A DNA stretch of 64,000 nucleotides from Alphaproteobacteria bacterium (GTDB taxonomy: Bacteria; Pseudomonadota; Alphaproteobacteria; UBA828), in contig CBDCQT010000012.1 in the NCBI GenBank assembly GCA_965220745.1, positions 288,001 through 352,000 of the forward strand. Reading direction: 5' to 3'. Every line of letters begins with the position of its first letter. Within the stretch, counting starts at the first letter, position 1. The position numbers and the translations under genes are program-made. Positions 24,453-40,398 of this stretch are shown here, piece after piece. Below the pieces are notes generated by a model, which was not told the origin of the DNA, did no database searches, and was given only the letters and a program-made list of their open reading frames with translations.

Positions 24453-24720
24453 CATTCGACCTGGACCAGTCGACGGGGGCAGGTCAACATCGCCCTCTCG
24501 GTTGACGCCCCATCGAATCCGGGCTTAACGCGTGAGAGGATGGAGACCGTACACACCAAGATACGGGCGGCTGCAATCCCCCTGACGGCGGAATCCCACG
24601 CCAGACATGTCGAGTTTGTCCAGTCTGCAAAAGAGAAGCGCGCGACGCGACGCTAACGGTTGCCTGACTCTGCCCGGTCGGATGAGAGACGGGGCACTTG
24701 GGAATGGGGCGGAAAGCACG

Positions 24721-24800
24721 ATGTCAGACAGCTACAGAGCACTCGTCGTCGACAAGCAGGAGGACGGCGTCGGCGCCGAGATCAGGACACTCACCGAGGT
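24721..24800 (+). pseudogene. N-terminal stub of AcuI/YhdH-type MDR oxidoreductase
   Basis: MSDSYRALVVDKQEDGVGAEIRTLTE resembles the AcuI N-terminus, then the frame runs into repeat R2. Confidence 0.45.
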
Positions 24801-24828
24801 CGCGTCGTCGTCGACGTCAACGCCTGAC

Positions 24829-24953
24829 CCCGACGTAAGGGCGAGAAGTGGGCCGGGCCGCAGCGCGGCCCGGAGCGCGCGACTGCGCGCCGCGCCATTG
24901 GCGCGTAGCCAAGCGAACGGAGTGAGCGCCCGGCGCCTGAGGGAAACTGAAAG
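24829..24953 (+). repeat. Structured intergenic repeat, copy R2
   Basis: Hairpins CCGGGCCGC/GCGGCCCGG, GCGCGC/GCGCGC, CGCGCCA/TGGCGCG, then CGAACGGAGTGAGCGCCCGGCGCCTGAGGGAAACTGAAA. Confidence 0.75.
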
Positions 24954-25424
24954 TTAACCGTAAAGGACGGCGGTGATCTCGTAAGTGTGGCGGCCGCCGG
25001 GGGTTTCGAGCTCGACGGAATCCCCAGTCGAGCGGCCGACCAGCGCCCGCGCCAACGGTGAGGTTATGGAGAGCCGGCCCTCGCTCGCGTCGGCCTCGTC
25101 AGCGCCGACGAGCTGGTAGGTGCTCTCGGCCTCGGTGTCCTCATCGACGATGGAGACCGTCGCGCCGAACTGCACGCGATCGCCGGAAAGCGTGCTGGTG
25201 TCGATCACCTCCGCGCCGCCGAGCTTCGCTTCCAGCTCTAGGATGCGCGCTTCGGTGAGGCCCTGGCGGTCCTTCGCGGCATGATACTCGGCGTTTTCCG
25301 ACAGATCGCCGTGCTCGCGGGCCGCAGCGATCTCGCGCACGATACGGGGACGCTCGGCCTTCAGCCGGCTAAGCTCCTCCTTGAGGCGCTTGTGCCCCTC
25401 GGGCGTCATCAAATGTCTGTCCAT
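24954..25424 (-). CDS. greA: Transcription elongation factor GreA
   Basis: AREHGDLSENAEYHAAK, SITSPLARAL. Confidence 0.97.
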   Translation of the reverse strand: MDRHLMTPEGHKRLKEELSRLKAERPRIVREIAAAREHGDLSENAEYHAAKDRQGLTEARILELEAKLGGAEVIDTSTLSGDRVQFGATVSIVDEDTEAESTYQLVGADEADASEGRLSITSPLARALVGRSTGDSVELETPGGRHTYEITAVLYG

Positions 25425-25498
25425 CGTCGGACTGCCGCGCACCCGCGTTCGGGGCCGCGTCCCCTCCCGAGCCTTTCGATGATCTCCCGCTGCCGGCG

Positions 25499-28765
<3,267 letters not shown>

Positions 28766-28782
28766 GACGCGGGAGCCGGCCG

Positions 28783-29934
28783 TCAGTCCATCAGCGCGAC
28801 GAACCGGTCGAAGAGATGCTGGGCATCCTGCGGGCCGGGCGACGCTTCCGGGTGGTACTGGACAGAGAAGATGGGACGATCGTCGACGGCGAGGCCTTCG
28901 AGCGTGCCGTCGAAGAGAGAGACGTGGGTGGCGGTGACGCCGGCAGGCAGCGAATCCGCCATGACCTCGAAGCCGTGGTTCTGGCTCGTGATCTCGACTC
29001 GCCCCGTCGCCAGCTCTTTGACTGGATGGTTGGCGCCGCGATGGCCGAAGGGCATCTTCTTGGTCTCGGCGCCGAGAGCCAAGGCGAGCAGCTGATGGCC
29101 GAGGCAGATGCCGAAGATGGGCAGTCCGCTCTCGATCAGCGACTGGATCACGGGCACCGCATATTCGCCTGTCGCGGCCGGGTCGCCCGGCCCGTTCGAG
29201 AGGAAGATGCCATCCGGCTCGTGGGCGAGAATCGTGTCTGCGTCCGCCGTGGCGGGCACGACGGTCACGTCACAGCCGGCGGCGGCGAGCGAGCGCAGGA
29301 TGTTGCGCTTGGCGCCATAATCGACCGCGACCACGCGGTGGCGCGGCGCATCGAGAGAGCCGTAGGCGCCGGTCTCGACATCCCAGGTGGTCTCGGTCCA
29401 GCCGTAGGCCTGACGGCAGCAGACCTCCTTGGCGAGGTCCATGCCCTCGAGCCCCGGCCATGCGCGGGCCTTGGCGGTGAGCGCGGCCTCGTCGATGGCC
29501 GCGGGCTCGGATGTGTGGATCAGCGCGCCGTCCTGCGCACCGCCGGTACGGAGCAGGCGGGTCAGCCGCCGGGTATCGATACCGGCGATGCCGATGAGGC
29601 CGCGCCGTTCAAGCCAGCTTTCGAGGTGCTGGACCGCGCGCCAGTTCGAGGGCTCGGAGACATCCGCGCGCAGCACCAGCCCGAGCGCAGCCGGCGTTCC
29701 CGCCTCCAGGTCGTCCTCGTTGGTCCCGACATTGCCGATATGGGGGAAAGTGAAGGTGATGATCTGCCCGGCATATGACGGATCGGTAAGAATTTCCTGA
29801 TAGCCGCTCATCGCGGTGTTGAAGCAGATTTCGCCCACGGCCTCGCCCCGCGCGCCGAGGCCGCGGCCGCGAAAAACCGTTCCGTCGGCGAGCGCGAGCG
29901 CCGCAGTTGCGGTAGGCGATCCAGACCCTGACAT
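28783..29934 (-). CDS. carA: Carbamoyl-phosphate synthase small subunit
   Basis: [36 protein letters not shown]. Confidence 0.98.
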   Translation of the reverse strand: MSGSGSPTATAALALADGTVFRGRGLGARGEAVGEICFNTAMSGYQEILTDPSYAGQIITFTFPHIGNVGTNEDDLEAGTPAALGLVLRADVSEPSNWRAVQHLESWLERRGLIGIAGIDTRRLTRLLRTGGAQDGALIHTSEPAAIDEAALTAKARAWPGLEGMDLAKEVCCRQAYGWTETTWDVETGAYGSLDAPRHRVVAVDYGAKRNILRSLAAAGCDVTVVPATADADTILAHEPDGIFLSNGPGDPAATGEYAVPVIQSLIESGLPIFGICLGHQLLALALGAETKKMPFGHRGANHPVKELATGRVEITSQNHGFEVMADSLPAGVTATHVSLFDGTLEGLAVDDRPIFSVQYHPEASPGPQDAQHLFDRFVALMD

Positions 29935-30028
29935 CGAAGTTCCTGCGGACGGGCCACGCGTCCTCGCCGCCCGGTCCGACTCGTGGTGCGCGCGGAGTCG
30001 AAGGTGCGCGCAGTGTAGTCGGGGCCAT

Positions 30029-30070
30029 GTCGCGGTCAAGCATCGACCCGTCGCGGTCGAGCATCGACGA
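30029..30070. repeat. 21-bp tandem duplication in the carA/yqeY divergent region
   Basis: GTCGCGGTCAAGCATCGACCC / GTCGCGGTCGAGCATCGACGA. Confidence 0.7.
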
Positions 30071-30213
30071 CAATTGCCAAGTGCAAGGTACGCAAAGCGC
30101 CCAATTCCATCGCCGGAAGGCCCCGTCCGGAAACGAGATTCTTGTCAAGGGAGAATCGTCGTTGATCGGCGTTGCCGGGCCTCTATAGTCCTCGGCATTC
30201 CAAATGACGGGGG

Positions 30214-30678
30214 ATGCCCATGCTGCGACCGCAGCTGGAGGAGGCGCTCAAGCGTGCCATGAAGGCGCGCGAGCAGTGCCGGGTGGCGACCATCAGGCTT
30301 ATTCTTGCGGCGCTCAAGGATCGCGACATTGCAGAGCGCGGCAAGGGCAACGGCGAATTGGATGACAACCAGATTCTGGCTCTGTTGCAGACGATGATTC
30401 GCCAACGGCGCGAGAGTATCGAGCAGTATGAACGGGGCGGCCGCATCGACCTCGCGGAGCGGGAAGCAGAAGAAATCGCCGTGATACAGACCTTCCTGCC
30501 GCCGGCGATCGAAGGCGACGATCTGGTCTCGGCCGTGCGCGGCGTCGTGAACGACTTAAATGCGAGCACAATCAAGGATATGGGCCGCACGATGGCGTGC
30601 CTGAAGCAAAAGTATTCGGGCCGCATGGACTTCGCCAAGGCGAGCGGGCTGGTGAGGGAGCTGCTCGCTTCCGGTTGA
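30214..30678 (+). CDS. GatB/YqeY domain protein
   Basis: LKRAMKAR, TIRLILAALKD, QRRESIEQYERGGRIDLA, KDMGRTM. Confidence 0.92.
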   Translation: MPMLRPQLEEALKRAMKAREQCRVATIRLILAALKDRDIAERGKGNGELDDNQILALLQTMIRQRRESIEQYERGGRIDLAEREAEEIAVIQTFLPPAIEGDDLVSAVRGVVNDLNASTIKDMGRTMACLKQKYSGRMDFAKASGLVRELLASG

Positions 30679-30799
30679 TCCGCCGGGATCACCCGCTGCG
30701 GCGACGGCAGGCGGGGAGGGACCCGCCCTGAGAGGTCTACAAGGGCTGGGAAACGGGCGCTGACCGCGCCATGATGAGCGCTCAGCCGGGCGTGAGAGG

Positions 30800-32629
30800 A
30801 TGACGTTCCCACCGAGTTTTCTGGACGAGATTCGCGCGCGTGTTCCGCTGGAAGGCGTGATCGGCAAGCGCGTGCGGCTGGTGCGCCGCGGGCGCGAAAT
30901 GATCGGCCTCTGCCCCTTCCACAAGGAGAAGACGCCCTCCTTCACCGTGAACGAGGAGAAGGGCTTCTTCCACTGCTTCGGCTGCGGCGCCCACGGCGAC
31001 GTCATCGGCTTCCTCATGCGCGACGAGGGCCTCCCCTTCCCGGAGGCGGTGGAGCGCCTGGCAGGCGATGCGGGCCTGGCACTGCCCGCGCGCGACCCGC
31101 GCGCCGAGGCGCGGGAGAAGGAGCGGCACTCGCTCTACGGTGTGACCGAGGCTGCGGCCGCCTGGTTTGAGTCCGAGCTGGCGGGGCAGCGCGGCGCGGC
31201 GGCGCGGCGCTATCTCGACGCCCGCGGCGTGGATGAGGAAACCCGCGCGCACTTCCGTATCGGCTTCGCGCCCGATAGCCGCACCGCACTCCGCACCAAG
31301 CTGGAGGGCGACGGCGTGCCCGAAGCCATGATGCTGTCGGCCGGTCTCGTCATCGCGCCGGAGGATGGCGGCACGCCCTACGATCGCTTTCGGGGTCGGA
31401 TCATCTTCCCCATCTGCGACCGGCGCGGCCGGGTCATTGCCTTCGGCGGCCGGGCGTTGGGCGAGCGCCAGCCCAAGTATCTCAACTCGCCGGAGACGCC
31501 GCTCTTCGCCAAGGGCAGCCTGCTGTATGGCCACCATCTCGCCGCGCCTGCCGCCCGCAAGGCGAACCGGGTGATCGCGGTCGAGGGCTACATGGACGTG
31601 ATCGCGCTGCACCAGGCGGGCATCGCCGAGGCCGTGGCGCCGCTCGGCACCGCGCTTACCGAACAGCAGCTGGAAGCACTCTGGCGGCTCGCGGAGGATC
31701 CGGTGCTCTGCTTCGACGGCGACGAGGCCGGCGCCCGTGCCGCGGCACGTGCCGTCGAGCGGGCCTTGCCTCAGCTCAGCGCAAAGCGCTCGCTGCGGTT
31801 CGCGACGCTTCCCACCGGCCAGGACCCCGACACGATGGTGCGCGATCGCGGCCGCCGGGCGATGGCCGAGATCGTCGCAGCTGCGATCCCGCTCTCCGAC
31901 CAGCTCTGGAAGATGGCGGCGGGCGGACGCACGCTCGAAACGCCCGAGGCGCGGGCCCGGGTCAACAAGCAGCTCCAGGACCAGGTCGCGCGAATTCCCG
32001 ACCGCGACCTCGGTTTTCGATATATGGAGGATTATCGGCAGCGCCTGCGGCTGCCGTGGCAGGGGCGGCGGCAGGGCGGCGCGCCATCGTTCGTTGCCCC
32101 CGAGCCGCCGGTGCGACGTGGCGAGGCGCTCGGCGCCGGCGGGCAAGGCATCGCGCAGCCCCGCGAGCGCGCCTTGCTCCAGATCCTGCTCAGCTTCCCC
32201 GCATTGGCGCTGGAGCAGCACGAGGCGCTGGCTGGGCTCCACCTGGAAACGCCCCGATTCGCGGCCGTCGTCGCCGCGCTGATCGACTGGGCCGAGTCCG
32301 GGCCCGAGCCAGAGGGCGCGGAACTGCGCGCAACCCTCGCCGATCAGGGTCTGGACGGCGTGGTCGAGGAGCTGGTGGGGAAGGACGCCCAATTTCTCGA
32401 CAGGCCGACCGGTATCGACCACGCGCGTGATCTGTTCGTGGATGCCCTGAAGAGGCAGCACCAGCGCCTCGAAGAGCAGGCGGCGCGGGCCGAGGCTGAA
32501 GATGCCCACACCGATGAAGAGGCATGGGAGCAAACTCGCGAGCGGATTCTGCGTCTTCAGGAGACCGCGAAGGCGGAAACGGACATACCCGATTTGGGCG
32601 CCACGCCGAGGGCAAGCGGGGCGCAGTGA
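30800..32629 (+). CDS. dnaG: DNA primase
   Basis: CPFHKEKTPSF...HCFGC zinc finger, KYLNSPET, EGYMDV, CFDGDEAG. Confidence 0.98.
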   Translation: MTFPPSFLDEIRARVPLEGVIGKRVRLVRRGREMIGLCPFHKEKTPSFTVNEEKGFFHCFGCGAHGDVIGFLMRDEGLPFPEAVERLAGDAGLALPARDPRAEAREKERHSLYGVTEAAAAWFESELAGQRGAAARRYLDARGVDEETRAHFRIGFAPDSRTALRTKLEGDGVPEAMMLSAGLVIAPEDGGTPYDRFRGRIIFPICDRRGRVIAFGGRALGERQPKYLNSPETPLFAKGSLLYGHHLAAPAARKANRVIAVEGYMDVIALHQAGIAEAVAPLGTALTEQQLEALWRLAEDPVLCFDGDEAGARAAARAVERALPQLSAKRSLRFATLPTGQDPDTMVRDRGRRAMAEIVAAAIPLSDQLWKMAAGGRTLETPEARARVNKQLQDQVARIPDRDLGFRYMEDYRQRLRLPWQGRRQGGAPSFVAPEPPVRRGEALGAGGQGIAQPRERALLQILLSFPALALEQHEALAGLHLETPRFAAVVAALIDWAESGPEPEGAELRATLADQGLDGVVEELVGKDAQFLDRPTGIDHARDLFVDALKRQHQRLEEQAARAEAEDAHTDEEAWEQTRERILRLQETAKAETDIPDLGATPRASGAQ

Positions 32630-32675
32630 CACGCGCGGCTCCATCGACCTTGCTATGCCGCCAGTCAAGGTGCGC

Positions 32676-32704
32676 TTGACACTCGCTCGCGGGTTTTTCA
32701 GACT
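32676..32704 (+). promoter_or_regulatory. Putative sigma70 promoter of rpoD
   Basis: TTGACA-N17-CAGACT. Confidence 0.55.
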
Positions 32705-32864
32705 GGTTGGCGTAGGGGAGGCTTGACCCGGAGGCCTCCGACCCCACATCACCCCAATCGGGCGCGAGCGGCGCAGGAGCGCCCCGAACCGTCCGCTGGG
32801 TCCAGCGCGTGCGCGAGCCCGAGCGGTGCCCGCCCGATCCCGAGGTCTGGAAAGGAAGAGCCGC

Positions 32865-34853
<1,989 letters not shown>

Positions 34854-35012
34854 GCCCTGGGGTCGAAGGGGCGCCACGACAATACAAATTTGCAAAACGA
34901 ACCCAATTTATCATAATCCATTGATATGATTGTATAATAGGGCGGACGGTAGCGCTACGGACTGGCGTTCGGGCCGTCTCCCGGCCGCGTGCTATGGTCT
35001 CTCGGCAACGGC

Positions 35013-35960
35013 ATGGTGAGCGACATGGCGCCCGGTGAAGCGACGACCGCACCAGAATCGCCGCCGTCGCGTCGTCATCAGCTCGTCTCCTTCGCGCTCC
35101 TCATCGTCTGCGGCGGCACCTTCGGGCTGATCTTCTCGGCCAACAAGATCGCCGTCACCGGGGGCATTCCGTTCTTCGCCTATGTCTTCTGGCAGACGCT
35201 CGGCGGCGGCCTCGTCCTGTTACTGCTTGCCGGCGCGTTCCGCCGGCGCCCGCGCCTGAGCTGGCCCCATATAAGGGCCTATTTCGTGATCGGCTTCTTC
35301 ACGCTGGCCTTTCCCTTCGTTCTCCTGGCCTTCATCGCGCCCAAGCTGCCGGCCGGGGTGATCAGCCTGGGCGGCACGCTCAGCCCGACCATCACCTACA
35401 TCCTGGCGCTGGCGCTCGCGATGGATCGCTTCCGCTGGCTCCGGATCGGCGGAATCTCGCTCGGGCTCGCTGGCGTTCTGCTGGTGGTGCTGCCGGAGAC
35501 GAGCCTGCCCGAACCCGGCATGGCCGGCTGGGTGCTGCTCAGCCTCCTGGTCCCGGTCAGCTACGCCTCGGGCACGATCGCGGCCGCCCGCCTCGCGCCG
35601 GCCGACGGCGATTCGCTCACCACGGGGAGCGGACTGCTCTTCGCCTCGTCGATCATGGTCTTCCCCTTCATGGCGGGGAGTGGGCAATGGTGGTTCTTCT
35701 CCGGCCCGATGAGCGACGCCGACTGGGCACAGATCGGCGCCGTTCTGATCAACGCCGCGTTCTTCTATCTGCTCCTGGAGATCGTTAGGCGCGCCGGGCC
35801 GGTCTTCTTCTCGACACAGAACTATGTCGCCACGCTGGCGGGGATCGGCTGGGGAATCTTGATTCTGGCCGAGAGCCACAGCGTCTACATCTGGGGCGCG
35901 CTCGCGCTGCTCTTCGCCGGTCTCTTTCTGGTGACCCGCCGCGGGCCGCGGGCCGCTTAG
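35013..35960 (+). CDS. DMT/EamA family transporter
   Basis: About 10 hydrophobic helices with EamA-like repeats (GISLGLAGVLLVVLP; RRAGPVF); start uncertain. Confidence 0.85.
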   Translation: MVSDMAPGEATTAPESPPSRRHQLVSFALLIVCGGTFGLIFSANKIAVTGGIPFFAYVFWQTLGGGLVLLLLAGAFRRRPRLSWPHIRAYFVIGFFTLAFPFVLLAFIAPKLPAGVISLGGTLSPTITYILALALAMDRFRWLRIGGISLGLAGVLLVVLPETSLPEPGMAGWVLLSLLVPVSYASGTIAAARLAPADGDSLTTGSGLLFASSIMVFPFMAGSGQWWFFSGPMSDADWAQIGAVLINAAFFYLLLEIVRRAGPVFFSTQNYVATLAGIGWGILILAESHSVYIWGALALLFAGLFLVTRRGPRAA

Positions 35961-35990
35961 TGCGGGCGCGATCGTTGTGAGGAGTCGGGC

Positions 35991-36749
35991 CTAGGGCTCC
36001 GCGACGAGGTCCAGCAGGCGCTGGGTCAGGAGCTCGCCCTCGGGCCAATCCAGGCCCCGGTCGGCGAGATAGCGGCGCACGGCGCTGTGAGTCTGTTCGC
36101 CGGGAATGCCGTCCGCCGGCCCAGGATCGTAGCCGTGGGCGGCAAGGCGCCGCTGCAAGGTCTCGACCTGGCGCTCGGAGAGAATCAGGGTGACCGCCGC
36201 CGACCGGATCGGCGCTTCCTCCGGGCTCGGCGTGAAGGCGTTGGCGCGGGCTTGCGCGGCCTCGAGCTCGTCTTCCTCGAGCAGCGGCGTCAGTTGGGCG
36301 GCGGCGTCGGCCGCTTGCTCCCGCTCCGTACCCTCGCCGAGGCGCGCCGCGACTTCGAGCCAGAAGAGCGCCTGCGCCACGTCCTGCGCCACGCCGCGCC
36401 CAACCTGGTGAAGCAGCGCCAGATTGTACTGCGCCCGAACCATGCCCTGCCTAGCGGCCCGTTCGTACCAGCCGGCAGCCTCGGCAGGGTCCTCGGTCAC
36501 GCCCCGGCCGGTCTCGTGGAGGAGGCCCAGGTTGAACTGCGCCAGCGCGTCGCCGTCCTCGGCGAGTGGGCGCCAAATGTTGGCCGCCTCGGAATAGTCG
36601 CCGGCCGCGAAGGCTGCGGCGCCTTCGGCCAGCAGGTCGGCCGCCGTCGCCGGCCCCGCCGCCGATGCCCACAGAGCCGCGGCCGCGAGGAGCGGAGCGA
36701 CCGACGCGAACGCGCGCCTAACGACTCGGATTGCAGGATTTGGTGTCAC
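35991..36749 (-). CDS. Secreted SEL1-repeat protein with peptidoglycan-binding domain
   Basis: Signal peptide; AQFNLGLLHETGRGV, AQYNLALLHQVGRGV; LQRRLAAHGYDPGPADGIPGEQT. Confidence 0.88.
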   Translation of the reverse strand: MTPNPAIRVVRRAFASVAPLLAAAALWASAAGPATAADLLAEGAAAFAAGDYSEAANIWRPLAEDGDALAQFNLGLLHETGRGVTEDPAEAAGWYERAARQGMVRAQYNLALLHQVGRGVAQDVAQALFWLEVAARLGEGTEREQAADAAAQLTPLLEEDELEAAQARANAFTPSPEEAPIRSAAVTLILSERQVETLQRRLAAHGYDPGPADGIPGEQTHSAVRRYLADRGLDWPEGELLTQRLLDLVAEP

Positions 36750-36924
36750 GGCGCCGCAACATTATCCCGATTCTCGCGGCGGGCAATAGAAAGCAGCCCT
36801 CCGCCATGCTTACCCGGTCTTATGCCACACCCGTCGAACCATGACCCCGAAGAAGGGTCCGGGCTAGAATGCGGCGCGCCGTTCGGGCACCGCCCAGCGG
36901 CCTTGGGAAGCAAGGGAGAGCAGA

Positions 36925-38496
36925 ATGCCGACAGGTCCAGTACCGCCGAGCGCGAAGAAGGTTCAGGAGTTGGCCGAGTCGTTCGGCTTCACGATGAGCG
37001 ATGCCGACGCCGACCTCTACAGCGAGATGATGGCGGGCACGCTGCAGAGCTACCGCCGTCTCGACGCGATGCAGGAGACCAAGCCGCCGGTTAAGTATCC
37101 ACGCGCTGGCTCCTATCGGCCGGGGCCGGAAGAGGACCCGTACAACGCCTGGTACGTGAAGGGCGAGATCAAGGGCGCGGCGGACGGTGTGCTTGCCGGC
37201 AAGCGGGTCGGCATCAAGGATGCGATCTGCGTCGCGGGCTTCCCCATGATCAACGGCGCCAAGGGGATGGAGGGCTACATCCCCGACATCGACGCCACGG
37301 TGGTGACGCGCGTGCTCGACGCCGGCGGGACCATCCTCGGCAAGACCAACAGCGAGGACTGCTCGTTCTCCGGTGGCAGCCACACCTCCGCCTACGGTCC
37401 CGTGCGCAACCCGCACAAGCCGACCCATTCGACCGGCGCGTCCTCCAACGGCAACGGCGCCGCCGTCGCGGCCGGCGATGTCGACGCGACCATCGGCGGC
37501 GACCAAGGCGGCTCGATCCGCATCCCGGCGAGCTGGAGCGGCATCGTTGGGCTGAAGCCCACCTACGGCCTCGTGCCCTATACGGGTGCCATGATGATCG
37601 AGATGACCATGGACCACCTCGGCCCCATGGCCGACACGGTGGAGAATGCCGCCCGAATGCTCACCGCCATCGCCGGCGAGGATCCGCTGGATCCGCGCCA
37701 GCGGGGGATGATCCCGGCGGGGCTGGACACGGATTACGTCACCGGCCTCGACAAGGGTTGCAAGGGTATCAAGATCGGCGTGCTGAAGGAGGGCTTAGAC
37801 CAAGGCGCCGGCGAGGAGACCTGGGGCGATACCGGACTGCCGCCGGGCGACAAGGTGGTCTCGGACAGCGTCCGTGCCGCCGTTGACCGTCTTGCGGGAG
37901 CCGGTGCCGAGGTGACCGAGGTCTCCAACCCGCGCCACGAGGATGCCTATCACGTCTGGGTGCCGATGTGCGTGGAGGGCGCGCAGGCGGTCATGTTGAA
38001 GGGCAACAACACCGGCACCAACTGGCGGGGCTTCTACAACACGCAGCTGCTCGACAACGTGGCGAAGGGCTCACGCGCCCGGCCCAACGACATGGGCGTG
38101 ATGGTGAAGTACGTGCTGCTCTTCGGCGAGTACATGCAGTCGGACTATTACGGCCGCTACTACGCCAAGGCGCAGAACATCCGGGGCCAGATCGTGCAGA
38201 GCTACGACGACCTGCTGGAATCCTGCGATGTGCTGGTGATGCCGTCCACGGCGATCCTGCCGACGCCGATTCCCGACAACGATGCGCCGCTCAAGGAGCG
38301 CATCATTCGCACGCTCGACATGATCCACAACACCTGCCAGTTCGACGTGACCGGGCATCCGGCGATCTCGGTGCCGTGCGGCGTCCACGACGACCTGCCC
38401 ATCGGCTGCATGATCGTCGGCCGCCACTTCGAGGATGCGAAGGTGCTGCAAGTCGCCGCAGCGCTGGAGGCTACGAAAGACTGGAAGACCTGCTGA
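36925..38496 (+). CDS. Amidase-signature family amidase
   Basis: GIKD, GASSNG, GGDQGGSIRIPASWSGIVGLKPT. Confidence 0.93.
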   Translation: MPTGPVPPSAKKVQELAESFGFTMSDADADLYSEMMAGTLQSYRRLDAMQETKPPVKYPRAGSYRPGPEEDPYNAWYVKGEIKGAADGVLAGKRVGIKDAICVAGFPMINGAKGMEGYIPDIDATVVTRVLDAGGTILGKTNSEDCSFSGGSHTSAYGPVRNPHKPTHSTGASSNGNGAAVAAGDVDATIGGDQGGSIRIPASWSGIVGLKPTYGLVPYTGAMMIEMTMDHLGPMADTVENAARMLTAIAGEDPLDPRQRGMIPAGLDTDYVTGLDKGCKGIKIGVLKEGLDQGAGEETWGDTGLPPGDKVVSDSVRAAVDRLAGAGAEVTEVSNPRHEDAYHVWVPMCVEGAQAVMLKGNNTGTNWRGFYNTQLLDNVAKGSRARPNDMGVMVKYVLLFGEYMQSDYYGRYYAKAQNIRGQIVQSYDDLLESCDVLVMPSTAILPTPIPDNDAPLKERIIRTLDMIHNTCQFDVTGHPAISVPCGVHDDLPIGCMIVGRHFEDAKVLQVAAALEATKDWKTC

Positions 38497-38533
38497 TCGG
38501 GGTTGGCTGACAGGCTGTCCCCCACCTTAACCA

Positions 38534-38604
38534 GACCCTCTCCGCCAACCTTTTCGTATCTCTCAAGCGCCGGGCGCTCGCTTGGCTCGGGGGCGGAGAG
38601 GGTC
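38534..38604 (-). repeat. Short copy R3 of the structured repeat, enclosed by a 13-bp inverted repeat
   Basis: CTCTCAAGCGCCGGGCGCTCGCTTGG inside GACCCTCTCCGCC...GGCGGAGAGGGTC. Confidence 0.6.
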
Positions 38605-38838
38605 ACAAGGTTGGTTGCGTCTTCGTTGTACGCGGCCCAAGCCGGGTCGTAGCGACCAACAACGCATCGCCGGCCTGGTCGGGTTTCGCCGCAGCCCATT
38701 TCATCCTGACCGGCTGGAGGAAGAGAAGTGGGTAAGGGTTCGGCCAGCATGGGCTGGCCCAAGCCGAAACGCGCGCCACACCAGCGGCCTGTTGCCAGCT
38801 TATTGCAGGACGGCTCACGCGCCTCAGCAGAAAGGTAG

Positions 38839-40331
38839 ATGACGATGTCGCAGCTTGAGAAATACCAGATGTACATTGGCGGCAAGTGGGTCGATCCGCT
38901 CTCGGCCGCGTGGCTCGAGTCCGACAATCCCTACGACGGCAAGCCGTGGGCGCTTATCCCGCGCGGCAATAAGGAGGACGCGAACCGCGCAGTGGCTGCG
39001 GCCAAGGCGGCATTCACGAGCGGCGACTGGCCCGGCATGAACGCGACGAGCCGGGGCGCTCTCTTGCGCCGCCTCGGCGATCTGGTGGCGCGGGATGCGG
39101 AGCGCCTTGCGGCCGTCGAGGTGCGCGACAACGGCAAACTCATCAACGAGATGAGCGTGCAGCTCAAGTACGTCCCGCAGTGGTACTACTATTTCGGCGG
39201 CCTGGCGGACAAGGTCGAAGGCGCCGTCATCCCCACCGACAAGGCCAACATGTTCAACTACACCCGCCATGAGCCGCTCGGCGTGGTGGTGGCGATCACG
39301 GCATGGAATTCCCCGCTTCTCCTGGCAGCCTACAAGCTGGCGCCGGCGCTTGCCGCCGGCAACACCGTCGTGCTCAAGCCGTCTGAATTCACCTCGCGTC
39401 TGCGCTGGAGTTTGCCAAGCTCGTCGAAGAGGCCGGCTTCCCGCCGGGCGTCGTCAACGTGGCCACGGGTTATGGCCGAGAAGTCGGCGAAGCGCTGATC
39501 TCGCACCCCGACGTGGCCAAGGTCGCCTTCACTGGCGGCAGCGCAACCGGCAAGCACATCTACGAGACGGCAGCGTCCAGTCTCAAACGGGTCACCCTCG
39601 AGCTCGGCGGCAAGTCTCCCAACATCGTGTTCGAGGATGCGGACCTCGAAGATGCGGTGAAGGGGGCGATCTCCGGCATCTTCGCAGCGACGGGGCAGAC
39701 CTGCGTCGCGGGCTCACGCCTGCTGTTGCACGAGCGTGTTCACGACGAGTTTGTCGACAGGCTCCTGGAGACCGCCAAGACGGCACGTATGGGCGATCCG
39801 ATGGACGTGGAGACCCAGGTGGGTCCGGTGACGACCCCGCCACAGTACGAGAAGGTGTTGAACTACATCGATATCGCCAAGGACGAGGGCGCCACCTGCG
39901 TGCTCGGGGGGCACGCCGCCCAGCGGCCGGAGTGCGGCAACGGCTGGTTCGTCGAACCGACGATCTTCGACGACGTGACCAACGACATGCGCATAGCGCA
40001 GGAGGAGGTTTTCGGCCCGGTGCTCTCGGTTATCCGCTTCGGCGACGAGGACGAAGCGGTCGAGATCGCCAACGATGTGATGTACGGCCTTGCCGCAGGC
40101 GTGTGGACGCAGAACGTGCGCCGGGCAATCACCATGGCCGACCGCCTCCAGGCCGGCACCGTGTGGGTCAATACCTACCGGGCGATCAGCTTCATGTCGC
40201 CCTTCGGTGGCTACAAGATGAGCGGATTGGGTCGGGAGAACGGCGCCGACGCAATCCGCGAGTACCTGCAGACGAAGAGCGTCTGGATCAGCACCGCGAG
40301 CGAAGTGCCCAACCCGTTCGTGCTGCGCTGA
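38839..40331 (+). pseudogene. Aldehyde dehydrogenase with a single frameshift near 39396
   Basis: [15 protein letters not shown] | ASALEFAKL in another frame, FTGGS, LELGGKSP, GQTCVAG, EEVFGP. Confidence 0.9.
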
Positions 40332-40398
40332 GGGCGATTGCGGCGCTTAGCCTTGGGGCCCGCATGCCCGACCCTGCAACGCTCAGTGGCCTCCTGCC

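Larger units (their letters stand above)
23224..24486 (+). mobile_element. IS3-family insertion sequence, copy 2
   Basis: Same ends, length and translations as copy 1 (offset 12936); flanks share only AC. Confidence 0.97.

Noticed and set aside
10288-24486. Composite transposon carrying translation genes
   Set aside because: Copy 1 has its own target duplication and the outer flanks (GCCA vs ACAT) do not match.
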